Notes under the pieces: generated by a model
What the model was told of the DNA's origin: nothing
Database searches by the model: none
The model's input: the letters and a program-made list of their open reading frames with translations, nothing else
DNA from: Catajapyx aquilonaris
Lineage: Eukaryota
Direction of reading: 5' to 3'
Assembly (NCBI GenBank): GCA_000934665.2
Contig: KZ538639.1
Span: forward strand, 1 to 57,009
DNA: 57,009 nt
Shown here: in pieces, positions 25,001 through 39,143 of the stretch
Layout: every line of letters starts with the position of its first letter
Position numbering within the stretch: position 1 is the stretch's first letter
Program-made: the position numbers and the translations under genes

Positions 25001-28000
25001 TTTATGTCTAAATAATGGATCGCCCATGTATATATTCTCCAAGAGACGTTTCCAGCAGCAAACGTTTCGTGCAAGAAGTGAGGAGTAAATCTTGGGGTGA
25101 TTTCTTTTCTGTCCACCCCCCCCCCCCTCCCTAACCCTCTCTCCACCACCCCAGTCTACTCCTTTTCTTCTCCATTTCTATTGCCACCCCTTTTTTTCCA
25201 CTATGCGACCGCCAGCTATCCACTTTGATGGCTACAGTGGTGGACCACCACTTCTCTCAAAAGACAGAAAAAAAAATACTCGCTTTACTGCTATTACCCC
25301 ATTAGCTCCCATTTCAATATTTACGCGACGACAATTGCCAAGGGAAGAGAATATAAAAAGAAGGGGGGATCGGCGACAGGGACAAGATGGCGCGGGTGTT
25401 TATCTGGAAGCCGTCAGAGGCCATCCACAGTCCGAGGGGATTGTAGCGGTTGCTGGGGGACATTATAGCCTCGGAATGGCTTCCCATGGAAGAACGTCGC
25501 TGTTATTTGGGATCTGGAAGCCACAGTTTAAAAGTGTTATGGCTTAGATAAAAATGAGGGGGGTGCTTGAAGGGGGAGGAGGGAAGAGGATCAGCATCCA
25601 TGGGGAGGTTGAGCACTTTTCTAGTATCGTGGTAATGAGTCGAGACACATTTCTGAAGGAGTTGCAAGGTCAGCTTATATGAGGTCATTTCGGGAAGAAC
25701 GGCGCCGAATTATGAAATACAAACACGGCCTTGGCCAACTATGGGCGATGATTGTGTAAATAGTCCATAGTTCTTATTGTACGAGTAGTCTATGATGGAC
25801 TTTTTGTTGAACCCTAAACGTATTTAATCCGTCAAAAATTCAACAAAATTACGCACCATCTGTTCATGCTCATCATGACACTAATAACCGAATCACATGA
25901 GCCTACACCAGTTTCTGACAGCCAACCCACATAATTGCACTAATTCACGTCATCCTCACTCCAGCTCTAACTACCGAAAACCTCAAATCTTCAGCCACAA
26001 TTTCGCCCAATTTCTTCCAAACAATGTATCCAACAACCCCTTTTTCCCCTCAGAAAAAAAAAACTCTAACCCAAAGCGAGTAATAATATTCCCCGCTAAA
26101 AAACCAATCCAGCAGTGGCTACTCCAAGAAGGCAATGCCCGAAATGTCTCCACGTCGGAACCTCTTTTTCGGAGGAGCAAATGTGGTAATTTCGGCGCCA
26201 TTTCGTCTTATGTGGCCTCACCGCACCTCTACATTTTTTTTTCCTGGTAAAGGTCCATGGGGGTGGGCAGCAGCCATTCAATGGAAGGCCCCGGGGGAAT
26301 CTATTAGAGTGACTTATGAGTGACAAGCATGCGAGGAAGGTTCCGACAAAGGAATGCTTCTGCCCATGATTACCAGGAGACGGCGGACAAGTTAATTCTG
26401 GGTAGAATCTCGTCCGTTCCCTGGCTCCAGTCAGAACCTCCTATAATCAACCATTTGGGAGTCCTTTAAAGGGGATCTGGACTTGACGGAAAGGTCCAGA
26501 GAGTGTGAGCTATCGCTGGGGATAAATGATCCCTGACGTCATCGATTCAGCAAACTCCCTTGATGAGTCGCAGCACACGAGGGCTCAAAGTTGGTGCGAT
26601 CATTTGTCCGGGAGAAATAATTGGGGAGGGGCTTTTTTTTTGTGGGTGGAATGAAAATGGCGAGGAGAACGCTCATAAAATTATGAGCCGCGGAGCCCGG
26701 AGAATAGGGAGCATTCTACTCAAATGTACTGCTTATAACTGGTTGAAAAAATATATAGAGCTAGGATTATGATTATGCAACAATACCGAATAAAACGTAT
26801 ATTAGGTTAATGCAAAAAGTGACGAATAGTACAAATTAGATTTTACATAGTATTAATGTAAAATAAAAATGCAACAAAATTAGCAAAAATTGTAAAAAAA
26901 TTATTTGCATACAAGAATTAGTACACATTTTGTAAAAAAATCAAGATTAACGAGAAAATTGTCCAGAAAGAGGCCACTGCAGATATTACAAATTCGTGGG
27001 TCGTTTTTAAATAACTGATATCGCCCGATAGTAGTTATTTTTGTAGGTTCTTGTGCCCCTAACCAGGTGCCAGAGTCTGTAGCAACTGCTATATTCGACC
27101 CCCTGGGAGTAATGGGGAACTTGGATCGTGGCACAACAAGCTACACAAAAATAACTACTATAGGGTGATATTAAAAAGTGCCCACGAATTTGGAACACCC
27201 TGATATAAACAGAAATATTTGTTCTAATACTTTGACTTTTCCAACATTCCAGAAGTACTGGGTACATTTTTATTTAAAATTATTTGATGACATTTCTTAT
27301 TGCAATTTGCAGAAACACTTCCCAGCAAATTTCCAAATATTTTCAAACCTGTATCATGCTGAACTCGGCCATATTGCCCCCCATGCAATGAGCGCCTGTT
27401 GAGGGTTGCCCGACTCCAAAATGCCAGTGGCAAGAGTTAGGTGTGCCCCGTTTTGCCGAAGTATGTTCCTCCTCGGGCGTGGCTGCCTCATTACCCAAGT
27501 AACAAGGCTTTCCCTAGTTCAGGCAACCATCCCTCCATTCTCCCTAATGGGCAGGATGGATTGGTGACGGAAGCATTCAGCCTTCTGATTGATTGATTAA
27601 TCACCTCTGGACCCTCCCTCTGCGGGACTGCTTGCTTTTCCCGCCTCCACAAACCCTCAGGAAGTTAACTTAGGCCTGGGTTTATATAGGCTGAGGGTGT
27701 TGGGAGTTGGATCTACCTCTGACTCCTAGCTCAATGTTGAATTTGTGTCACATCGGGCTCATCGCTCAAAGTTTACCGCACCATTTCTTTTAAATCCGAA
27801 AAAACTAAATATCAAAACTTTTTTTTCAGATAGTAAAAAAAAGGGCTGGTTGTAGGGAAGCTACCTCCCCTAGACCAATTGGAAACTTTCACGAAGGGGC
27901 ATGAAATCGTGATGGTCACATGAAGCGGCCGTCGAAGAGATGAATGGCATCATCTGTCCTGTCATTCTCTGTTCCTTTTTTTATATGCCCAAGACCCTTT

Positions 28001-29815
28001 TCTCTTCCTCCTTTTTTCCCTGCTATAGTTCCAGCAGCGACCGATCGAGACTCTTCTTTTGTTCTGATATCTTTTTGTCCTTCATCCGAGCTGCAACCCT
28101 CTGGCATGTCCATCAATAGTCGTAATGGAAGCCCTCAATGCAATAAGTCACACACAGTCTTAAGTAGGACGTGCACATTTGTCACCTGTACAGTACCCAC
28201 GTGTATTCTAATTAACATGGACATTCTGTATATTGGTGTAATTTATTAATGGTGGAAAATTTTACACATATTCTATATTAATGCAGTTTGAGTACAAAAT
28301 CCTGGCTGTGAATGACATAGGTAAGAACACGTTGTTTCTCCAAGTCACAGAGCTCATTTCATTCCTGATAAGGTGTACTCTACATTGCCACCGTGCAGTG
28401 TATACCTGCGCTTTCATGCCCTCCCCGCTTTCCCCCCCTTCAGTTAATTTAATTATTTTTGCCTCCGCTTTCCTGTCTGGAATACGGGAGTAGAACTATG
28501 CACTCGAGAGTACTTTTCATTTCCTGAAGAGCTGGGGCAGAAGAAATCATCAGGACCGTCCCTCGCCTTGCACCTAACTAGCACCAAGTCTGGATATGCC
28601 GGCTCTATTTGGCCGGCTGAGTGGACACGAAAGGCTTCGTTGCACTCTGACATACGTACGTGACCCTGCAATTTTGAGTTTCTGGCCCATATGTGTGGGT
28701 CATTATTTTCTCTCCCCCTCCAAGCACACTTTGCAAGCGTTCCATCTCTGCTGTCGCCATAACTCGCTTTATCTTGGATCCTTTGCTAGGGGTAAAGCTT
28801 CAAAAACCTTCGAAGAAAAAGATCGACCTTTCGTCCCTTTGGAGTCATTCCTACCCTCGGCACAGTTTATGCCTGTCGAAATTACGCCCAAGTTTGAGAA
28901 GGTTCCCAAGAGGTTAATCGAAACTACTATCCTGAAAAATATTAAAACTTAGTCGTTAAAATATTGGCTGCATCTAAGTCCGCAACAGTTTTCTTATACT
29001 CCAAGCATGAATCTCTGCAAAATCCTTTACTGCTCCTAATTCCCAACTTCGCACGTCCTTTCCCCACCATAAACGCCATTGGAATATGAACGCCAGTTTA
29101 CTGTTGCCTATTTTGGCCGCGGGTAATCGCAAAAGCCTATTGCTCCTCGGCAGATAAACAAGAGCCGCATCGCAATACGGAGCGCAATAATAAAGCTGCA
29201 TAAAACTACATGCTCTTTGAATACCCATTATGGGCCTGTACATCTTATTTTAACCGGAGAGACAATTGCCGGATGATTGGGCTTTTGTCCAGGAATTTGT
29301 AATCGGCTTAGATGCTGTTCTAAAAACATATAACATGAGGTGTGGATCCCTGGTGCGAGAGTCTCCTAGGAGTTAAAAGCAGTTAGAAACACCACCCAGA
29401 TTATAGTCAGGGTGTTAGAACCTCTTCGTTCATTCCTTACCAATCAGGTTCCGGATTTTAAGAGCCACCTTTTCATCTCTTTCCCAGGAGTGCATGTCTC
29501 CTCCCGACTAAATCCTCCCCTCTTCTCCCCCCCGCCTCCTGTGCTCTAGTCCTCACACCCTGCGTTGACAATTAATCCTTTCTCCTTATGATATATGGCA
29601 CTTAATACACCAAAGGATAATACCCATGCAGTATTTCCTGGGGGACTTTGAGCGCCTGCTTCCTAGGCCGCGGTCGCCTCTTTAGCAGACTAGGGGACTT
29701 GGGCTTACACTGTACTTGCATTTGGTCAAAACTGCCCTCATTTTTGGGTACAAACAGGTACAAAAATGGACAATGCCAATCGATGCCTCAACCGGCCGGG
29801 AGGTTAGGTGCTGAC

Positions 29816-29858
29816 CGGTTCCTGCCCGGCGGTTCCTGCCCGGCGGACGGTTCCTGCC
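29816..29858. repeat. 14-bp tandem duplication CGGTTCCTGCCCGG x2 plus a partial third copy
   Basis: Copies at 29816, 29830 and 29848 (11 bp). Confidence 0.9.
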
Positions 29859-29953
29859 AAATTAGAATCAGGGTACACATGATGAGATGTACCAAGTGTT
29901 TCAGAGCGTGTACCAAACACGCACATCCCTTCTCGACTTGTATGTGTGTGTAT

Positions 29954-29979
29954 GCAGGCAGGCAGGCAGGCAGGCAGGC
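29954..29979. repeat. (GCAG)n microsatellite
   Basis: gcaggcaggcaggcaggcaggcaggc; read directly. Confidence 0.9.
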
Positions 29980-30110
29980 TCGGGGCTTTGCCTCCTACTG
30001 CAATGCTGCTGCCTCTCTCTCGCTTTGTTTGCTAAGGGGCATAACTCATGGTATTAACACCTTGACAAATTTATGTTGACAATCTCCCGGCCGTCACCAA
30101 CCATTCCAAT

Positions 30111-30190
30111 GAGGGAGGGAGGGGCGGGCGAGGCGGGGGAGGGAGGCAGTGAGGGGGGGAGGGATGTAGGGTGGGGGGGTTTGGGGAGGC
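30111..30190 (+). other. G-run-rich tract, potential G-quadruplex
   Basis: More than eight runs of 3 or more G separated by short loops. Confidence 0.6.
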
Positions 30191-31737
30191 CATTGTCTCG
30201 CTCCGGTAATAAAATATGGGGATGGCCCGGAGGCTTGAACGTCAGTTATGCCGCCAGAACCGAGCTCCGACATGCACATTGAGCTGACAGCCAGGGCTCG
30301 CTCGGACGGATTGCCCATGACAGGCATCAAGCAAGGGCTTGGCTTACAGGCCGAAAGCCAGCACCGAAAAAAATTATATACGTGTAGTAGAATCAAGGTG
30401 GCCAGAAACCAGGCCTAGAGCAACAGCTAGTTCCTATAGACGACCTAGATTACGCGCGCTAAATGTGAGCCGATACCGATCTGATAGGTCAATCTTGGCC
30501 TGAGGTGGATCCGGAGGCGACTAGAACCGGTCGACTTGACATGGTTTTGAGGGTAGGTGGCGCTGCACGTGGCTACAAGCGGCGGGCGGTTCAAATCCAC
30601 CCGAAGGCATGGGCGGAATTCCGTACTATGCATGTCCGTATTTTGATCACAGTTGGAGTGGACGCTTGCACTTAAATTTCCAAGACATGTTACAATTGGG
30701 GCGACCTGTATTGTTGGAAGCATTTGAAGCACCGTGTAAGTTAATTAGGTTCAGCGATTCATCTCCGGCGTAACAGAACGCGTACTTAATGTGGAAAGAC
30801 CAGCTTAATCTATGTCGGCTTGTCGTCGGATAGAAGCCCTTCATCCGGCCAATCATCCCTCAAGTCTTGGAGGCAGAGTTGCGGCAACGCCCCGAGACAA
30901 ATCGATTGACATGTTACGGCTCGGGAACACCACTCGGAACCGACGGGTTTTGTCAATCAGTTGTCTTTAAAGCTCCCAAGAAAACCCGAAGCAGTTTGCC
31001 AACCGAGCGAGATATTGCCCGCGACGCCCGAGCGATAAATTCCACGCGATTTTCTTTTTCTTTTTCTTCGTTCGTTTTCTTGCGCTCAAAAATCCCGATA
31101 CCGTGATCTGGCCAAAGTTTTCAGCATGTCAGTCAGGTTTTGCAAAGGGGGTTGCCCCTATTTGGGCAGTGGCCATTTGGCCTTCCTGCATGTCACATGT
31201 AAAGCAACGAGTGCATCCCGCTGCGGACACGCGAAAGGGTTATTTACACCATCACCGATACGTTGGGATCACGCAGCGAGACCAACCCGCGGCCAAAGAC
31301 AAATGAGGCTTGGCCAGATTTGACCGTGGGAAAAGATCGATTGGTCATCCCTATCCTAGCTCTGTGCTACGTACGCCAGGGGTGAGGGGAGGGAGGGGGA
31401 ATCATTTTGTATTTACCATGTCCCTAATACGTGTGTGTGGCAGTTACATTCTGAAGCAGTTGCAGCCTTAGGCTCTAACCGCATTCTGATTGGTGTTAGG
31501 CAAATTATGAGGCATAATTCGTTACAAAGATGCTTAATTGGCTGTATGTCATTCTAATTAGTATGGGTCAAATGTTGAGTCATAACATGGCCTAGCGAAA
31601 AATAAGGTCCAAATTTCGTACAATATAATTACTGACACCTGAAAATATTGCGTAGAAAATATTATCTGATTAGTATTGTTAAATTGTGAGGCATAACACG
31701 GCGTACAGAGAACCTATTACAGTCCATAATTATATTG

Positions 31738-31844
31738 GATTGACCGCACGTAACGTCCCAATTGCCTGATTGGCCGGACGTAACGTCTCGCCCGACTGAT
31801 TGGCCACACGTAACAGCCCGACTGTCTTATTGGTGGCATGTTAC
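31738..31844. repeat. Degenerate tandem array with 30-bp period (GATTGRCC..ACGTAAC core)
   Basis: Units start at 31738, 31768, 31798 and 31828: gattgaccgcacgtaac / gattggccggacgtaac / gattggccacacgtaac / tattggtggcatgttac. Confidence 0.85.
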
Positions 31845-33959
31845 AATGCAGGGGCCGCCGAATGGGCCTCGTAATTTGTGGCACATTTTGGGCCAGAAAT
31901 AACCGTTACGGCCTAATGTGACGTGGATGAACTTTTCCGTAATTCATGCATGCGGGATGTCACAACATGATGCTTGCCGAGACAGCACAAGCCGTGAAAC
32001 TTATCCGCTTTTCCCCCCTACACCTTGTCACGCAGAATGAGTGGTGTGGCTTTTGGATTGAGTTTGCTCTTCCACCTTGCCCTATATTTAGGCCCCGTAC
32101 TGACAACCAGACGTGCGGGGATGGAATTATGAATGAAAGCAGACAAAAGCAGGTGTTTTGCCAGAAGGTAAAATCGCCATTTCTCCTAACGTATACTTTG
32201 CGGATTTTGACAGACAGCATGACTTTGCCAAAACAGCATCCATAATTGAAAATTATGTGCCGCTGCTGCGTGTGTAAGGTGAGAAAAGAGCAACAAGAAA
32301 CACACGCCTCTGCTTTCGTTCAACTGCCATCAGTAGTTAATTAAACACGTCACGAACACTCATTCTATAGCGCGAAATGCAAAAGACAAGTAATGCTTTT
32401 GGTTATTTTATTTTTGTGTTGCATGTTCCCCCAGTGAAACCTCCAGTACATTTCAATTTCGTAGCAATGTGCAACTGCTTCATTGCGCCTCCAGTTTCAT
32501 GTCCTGCAAAATTAACATTTCATAAAAGAATTTTTCTATAAAACCTGTCAGAGTTCTCCAGTTTCGTTCCCTTGGGCACCGCGAACTCAGAATTTTACAA
32601 AACCAGGGAGAGTCGGGGAAAAAGGCAAATCAATCGATTTGTTACCTGCCCGCAAGACTTATTGTCCAGTGCAGCTCAAGTCCAGCGCACTGGCTATTCC
32701 TGCAAAGATTTTTCTGATAAAATTTTATAATAACCTATTACGCGACGGATCTATATTTACTCCGGATTTTTTTTTTATAAAAATCTATAGGCTTTCAAGT
32801 ACAACCCAGCCGTTTCTGCGCTTGAAGTTAGCACCTGTCTCCACATAAACTCAGTTTTAATATTTTCTGCCTCTGCTTGTATTATGCTTTAGGCTGTCCC
32901 ATACCCATCGCATTGAGAGACCAGAAGGGTGAAAAAAATCATGTGAAATAATCGAAAACGAACTTGCCATGTCCTCCTTCCTCAATTAAAAATCCGTAAC
33001 CTGAAGGGAAATTTTCTACAAATTAGCCAGCGCGTGTCAGTTGCGACTGTTTCTTTTTGCCCACACTGCATATAGGTTAGATCCAAATGTATATTCAACT
33101 GCAGCAAGCTCCCACTCCCATCCTATACAAATTTTGTCACAACTTATCTAATAAATCTATCAATGTTTTCTAACTACATTTACACCTCCCTTATGCATCA
33201 GCCTGAAACCGCCTCTTAAATCCGGTGGAAACATGTCGTTTGCCAGACAGCCCGTCCGGCATGCCGAATCAGCCGGTGTTTGACTCGCGAGCGAATTTGT
33301 CACTCTTTTTGCACTTGTCTCCATTTGGAAGGAAAGGCTTTTCCCGGAGCCAAGAAACGAACGGGGGGGTTAGAGAGACGGTAGGAGGAGGGGGAGGTCG
33401 ACAGAGCGTCGTGTAGGAGGAGGGTTGACGAAGGAGAAACTTGCAAGTCTTCCGCTCCCAGATCAACCTCTTGTCACTTTTCCGCCACGCTTATTAACAT
33501 GTCTTCCCAGACGCTTGACGGGGGAAGACAGCATCTCTTCATCTATATGTTTGCCTTGGAACAGACGGGCCTGAATGCCGGATTTAACGGAGGGAACGGA
33601 GCTATCCGGAACATAACTGCGCATCAGATTCCTCTGCTTCATTTATATCCTGATTTTTAGGCTTTTCGGGTGAAAACAGGACGCGGCTTATCGCTGAGGA
33701 AATGGAGGTCACGGTAGTGAATAATTACTACATTTATTTACAATAGTAGCTAGAATATATGACTTCTTGACTAGTCAATCCCACAAGTAGGCAGACCCCA
33801 TGGCTACAGGTTTCCCTCTATATGGCACACGCGACAAAACACACAATGGACGCTGTCCATTGGACTTTGACACCCTCGCAGCATGCACAAAAAAATATCT
33901 TCGCTCTCCCCAAAAAAACAAGCAAAGTGTCCGTATAGCTAGTTGGGTAGCTAGGCAGG

Positions 33960-34460
33960 ATCATGCTCCCCACATCCCTCGGCGACCCGGGGGCCAAGCG
34001 GGGGTGTTGGCCCCGGGCCTGGCAGGGGTCCCCGTCTATGGCCTGAGGGTGGCCTGGGTATGCACAGTGTAGGTGAGGGTGGGTATGGTGGTGGGTGGTT
34101 GGACCGTCAGCGTCTCGTCAGAGCCGGTGGTCCGCTGGCGGGAGGGCGGCCATCTGCCGCTGACGGCGGAAGACAAGCCCTGATTGTCTGGCAGACGGAA
34201 ATGCTCGGGGACGGACGGACAATCGGCGTCAGCGCCATGCCAGCCCGCCGCAGTCCCCGGATTATTATTATTATTTTGGGGCTCACCCAGGGGCCTCTCG
34301 GGGACGGCGCTGGCTGTCACCAAAGCGGCTCGTCCACGGCTTTTCCACCCCCCACCCACCCACACCACCCGCTCTGAAACTACTTCCATGCCACAGCGCC
34401 ACCCCCCCGATACCTCATAACCGCAACATCCAACACACACGACTATCCCCCCCACATTAT
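33960..34460. other. GC/CpG-rich patch
   Basis: Visibly the longest GC- and CpG-dense stretch in the window. Its overlapping ORFs on both strands have no recognisable product. Confidence 0.55.
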
Positions 34461-35153
34461 TTGGGAGGGAGGGAGGGAAAAAAGAGTGGGTGTCAGTGTT
34501 CGCCGTCTATATTGCTGGATCAAGCACGCGAGGATGCTGATGTGAGGAGGTGCATGTTATAGGGGCGCTTTACTAAACCGGAATTTTCATGCAGGCGTAT
34601 GCACTATACTACAGGGCTCTTCCCACTTAATAAATTCTGACACCTAAGTGCAGAGTATGCATCACATTGTAGTCTTATGGGACAACTCACTCAACTTGCT
34701 ATCCTTTTTCTCCAAGAAATCATCAAGACTCCTGAAACCCATTCCCTACCGAATGTCCATCCTCCTTCGTCCTCAAGAAAGAAAGAAAAAAAATCCTCCT
34801 CTTTTAAGGACCCTCCAGAGTATTGACAGGAGGGCAGCACGCGTGTGCTCCTAACGAGGCAATTGGCCTTCCCCATGCCAAGGAGCAGAGAAGACCCCTA
34901 CAGTAATTGGCCTGCAGATGTCGCGTCAATCTGCCCGACCAAGGTTTGTCCTCTCTTGTCACCTTCCCTCAATCTTCTCTCCCACCCACTTCTTTCGGTC
35001 TCCTATTTTTCTGGCCAGAATGTGAAAGTTATTAGTTTCGCCAGCATGACCGCCTCTCCGTAGAAAATATGTCCCTCTCTCATCCCGTGGCCCTTCCTCA
35101 CCCGTGGAAATGTGACATTACAAGGAAGTGTCTCGGGTAAAAACAAATTATAC

Positions 35154-35166
35154 GGGTCATAGTTCA
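35154..35166 (+). promoter_or_regulatory. Nuclear-receptor DR1 element GGGTCA-t-AGTTCA
   Basis: Two consensus RGKTCA half-sites with a 1-nt spacer (the RXR/COUP-TF/HNF4/PPAR-class arrangement). Confidence 0.4.
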
Positions 35167-38100
35167 CCCGAGTGACACTGGAGATGTGGAGGAAAAGAAA
35201 CTATGATGTATAGGCCTGCGCTCTATTTCCAGACCAGGCAGTGCATAATTCGCCAATCATTCACTGGTCCAAAAGGGGGGGAATGTATTCTAGGGAGGGA
35301 GGAGGGAGGCGGAGAGGGGGAGGCTCTCAAACTTTTTCGGGTGGGAGGCTAGCACTATTTCATGTATTTGGAACCATCATCTCTTATTCGACAGCAACCA
35401 CGGGAAATCGCCCTCCTAAAATATGGCCCAAACTGTCTTCAGGAGGGCCCGTGTCTCCTCTCCCTCGCTGCCGGAATATTTCACGACTTCTCGGACGGGA
35501 AAGATTCCAAAAAATGACGATTTTCTTCTTCTTCCCCTGTATGTGCCGGGGCCGATGCTCGGAAAAATAGAGAAACTCGACTCTTCGAAAGAACGGAGGT
35601 CATATCATATTTTCCACGTCGGAAATAGCGCTGTTTGTTTCTGGCAGTAGGTTCTCCGTATACCGTATATATACAAGGAACTGAAAAAAAAGGTACCTGC
35701 ACCGAGACCATGTTCTCTCTGTGTACTGGCCATGTACTGGTCAGATGTCCAAACCTTACATTTCCCGCATTTTTACAGCCAATCTCCATACATCACCCAC
35801 TTTTTTGTGTGCCGTATGTCTGAAAATAAAAAGCAATCTACGGAGAAGCACATACACATTGACATTATTCCCATCCTGCTTCTGATTTGCTTTCCTGCGC
35901 TGCTCCTTTCAGATGAGAACGAGCTTGGGCTGGAAGTGCCGAGAACAAGTGGTCATGGATAATCAATACCTTTCTATGAGCGGCATAGGAGGCGATAGGC
36001 CTAATTTCATCGCAGTTGCTCAAGTTGGCCCGCACCGGGGAAATATAAATCACAATCTTATTTCCCCGTGTGCGTGTGTACTATATTAATTTATTTTTAT
36101 GGCCTCCTTCCTTCTCCTGAGCTCGTAAACTGATGTTATTCCTTCCCGTTGCTTTTTTCTTGCTCTCACTCATCGTCGTCTATATCAGACTAATGTGACT
36201 GATGTCCGCTCGTACATATAGGAACATACGCTGTATACTAATCGAGGATTCCATTGCACGCGTCTCTTATGCAGATTTACCTAAATTTCATCAAGAAAAA
36301 GTTGCAAAGACCCGCTTTCTATGCAAATAGGTATCTAAATGGCCCCCGAGTGGGCGGCATCTAAGTTCCATTACTATAAGGGGAACGGAAAAAAAATTTG
36401 CTCGGCATTACAGTGCACAAAAAAATGGTTACAGGATGAACCATTACACGTGTTCGTGATTGGGATCGATTTTGCTTCATGTTCCTGATTAGGCTATACA
36501 ACCGATACGGCATGCCCGAATAAGTTCATTTTCCAAATCCACGGATACAAGGAAAAAAAAATGACGCATTTTCTTCCCCTTGGCACAAAACGGTAGTGAC
36601 GTTCGGTGTGATTAAGCCGTCAGGTTTCGCAAGCCCTATCATTCTACTCCCACTCATTCTTCCACTTCAGAGAGTAACCTTCTCAAGCACATACGTACGG
36701 CAGAACCCCAAAATTACCAATGGACACAAGGTGTAGACATCACCAATCAACCTGGGTACTGTACCGGCTAATTCTGGAGCGTACTGTATGTGGTATGGTG
36801 ATTGGGAGGCAATCTATCAACGACCAGATGAATTGACGCAAACTTTGGAGATGGTCCCGAGGAGGGAAATAAAATTGGCAAGAAGCATCTAGACGTGTGA
36901 AAGATTTGGTGGAGGATTGAAAAAAAAAGGAGGACTGGCTCCGGTCCATATAACCGTGAGTGACGGAAGGGGTTTACAAATTTATTAGCTGTTATTCTTG
37001 CCGAGGGAGTCGGGAAAACGGACGTGAGCAGCTGATTACTGATCTGCAGACACAAACACTGCGAATAGCTCTAGGCTTATATAAGCACAATACGTTTGGC
37101 TGATGGTGGGGAAACTGAAGCTGGTTTCAAAAAATCTTAAATAAATCACTGATTCTATATTAAATTTCAGAATAGAATTGACAATAACGGCCATCTTGCT
37201 GTCGCCCTGTCACTGCCCTGCCATCTTTCGCCTCTTGGGGGCACTGCCTATCATTTATTTACATCTACTGTTACGTTTGTGGCCCAAAGTGAAATAAGAT
37301 TTGCCGCCATTTGGTCGATCCTGCCAACAACCCGGACCACCCAAACTTCCTGATTCTGATGTGAACCGGTAAAGCTGCGAACTTTTTTTCCCCGTCGTCT
37401 AAAGGTCGGGTTGGATGTACCCAGGACTGGAAGGTCCTAACCCGTCGGTGCGGCACACAACTCCCTGCAATCCTCCAAAACGACGTCAAGGAGCCATCAA
37501 GGAGTGGCTTCTCCGGACAACTAATATACATAACGTTCCCCGTCTGATGTCTTTGTGCGGGATCCACGGCGATAAATGCAATTAAGATGAGGAGGAGGCA
37601 AATAGGAATTTCCAAGAGCGTGGGAATGGGCCATTCCTTCCTATAGAGTCTGTGGGCAGCAGGCGAGCAGCAGCACCAGGCTTCATTTCTGACGAAGACA
37701 AGGGAATGGGGTGGGGTCCTGGCTCAAAATTATTGAGAAGACGGCCAATAAACTTTTTTTTCTTCTTTTTTTCTGCTGGTGTGTTTCCCGCTCGGTTGAG
37801 GGATAGCTGGTCGTGGAGGAGGCAATTCTTTCCCCCCGAGAGAAGAAATATGGCACTATTTACCCAACCCAAACTCGTCGTGATGCCTAATAACCTATAA
37901 ATCCTCATTACTGAATGTGGGCTTCCCCAACAGCGTTCAGCCATCAGTTATAAGTTACTTCTCAGACTCAGCTCTTCACAATGTGTCAGATGGCCAGACA
38001 TAAGACTATAGGCGTAATTACCAACCATGTGTGCCGATGAAATGTATTGATACCGGACAACTCAATCTGCATGGTCGAGTGACTCCAAATTAATATCTAA

Positions 38101-39080
38101 CTTTTGTACTATTTGGCCTAACTGCATCAAAAAAAGTCTCTTAGAGCGTGGCAATAATCGCAGTGTCAAGAGCAGGGTAGAGGCCAAACAACTAACATGC
38201 CTCCAACCCCATCAGCACTGCCACCAACCAACCGAGCATCCCCGCAAAATCACCCCCCTCATTCCCACCCCCACCGTCGTCGACAAGGCCTCCCTCCCTT
38301 CCCCCTCCTCTCCCCACCTGACGTTCCCATTCCATCTTCCCAGAGCAGTATCATTTCTCAAGCCAAGCCTCACATTTCGGCCGGCATCATTTCTCTCTGA
38401 TTACTCACATACATTTCCACAATTATACTTGATTATTACGTCTCCGCGGAGTGAAGGCCATCTCTTCGGGCGATGCATGCCAAAATGGAAGGTAGGAAAT
38501 TGGGGTTTCATGGCAGCATGAGCTACACCAACTGTGGTTATTGTTGCATTTGGACATACAGGAAAGGATTAGCTGGCATCTGAAGAATCGCGAGCATGAA
38601 AAAGAAAACAAAGGAATCGGGTCTGCAACTATTTTCTTTTTCTTTTTCTTTTGTTTCAACGGGCGCATTCATCCTTTCTCTTCCTTCCATCTCCCATTAA
38701 GAACGTGACGCCGCTAGTTAAGAGGTTATTGGCGGCCAGGTAGAAATGCGAAAATGCTCGCCGGACGCCATTACGGTTTCGGTTATTTTCTTTTCCAGAC
38801 AATATTGGGGCCCGTTATTTCTAAGTTATAACATATTGGGTCCTATACATGACAAATCCTTGTCACTCGTTTTTTTTCTTTTCCCCTGGTGCTGCCCCTC
38901 CCACCGGAGAGGATCAGCACTGCGTGACCATCACTCCCATCATCCGCCCCATCCCCCCAGAAAGCCTGATAACCTTCACCTACGCCTGAGATGTGGCCGG
39001 TGTTTGGGCTTGGAAAACGGCCATAAATCTCTAGAGGGCGCTTATTTCCTGGCGGAGAAGAGAACTGGCCGGGGCGGACT

Positions 39081-39083
<3 letters not shown>

Positions 39084-39115
<32 letters not shown>

Positions 39116-39143
39116 NNNNNNNNNNNNNNNNNNNNNNNNNNNN
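39084..39143. other. Poly-C tract abutting an assembly gap
   Basis: C run 39084-39115 followed by 28 N (39116-39143). A single N also lies within the poly-G tract at 2915. Confidence 0.95.

Noticed and set aside
30557..30602. tRNA/SINE-like B box GGTTCAAATCC (30588) in a T-arm-like stem
   Set aside because: No acceptor stem, D arm or anticodon arm can be built. The similar GGTTCGAATTCC near 56251 also lacks an A box.
31738..31844. CRISPR-like regular spacing
   Set aside because: The core is only about 17 bp and degenerate, spacers are about 13 bp, there are no cas genes, and the context is eukaryotic.
37121..37135. TGGTTTCAAAA resembling homeobox helix 3 (WFQ)
   Set aside because: It reads WFQKI, not WFQNRR, and has no upstream helices. 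Other WFQ-like hits (about 7700, 8420, 48251) fail in the same way.
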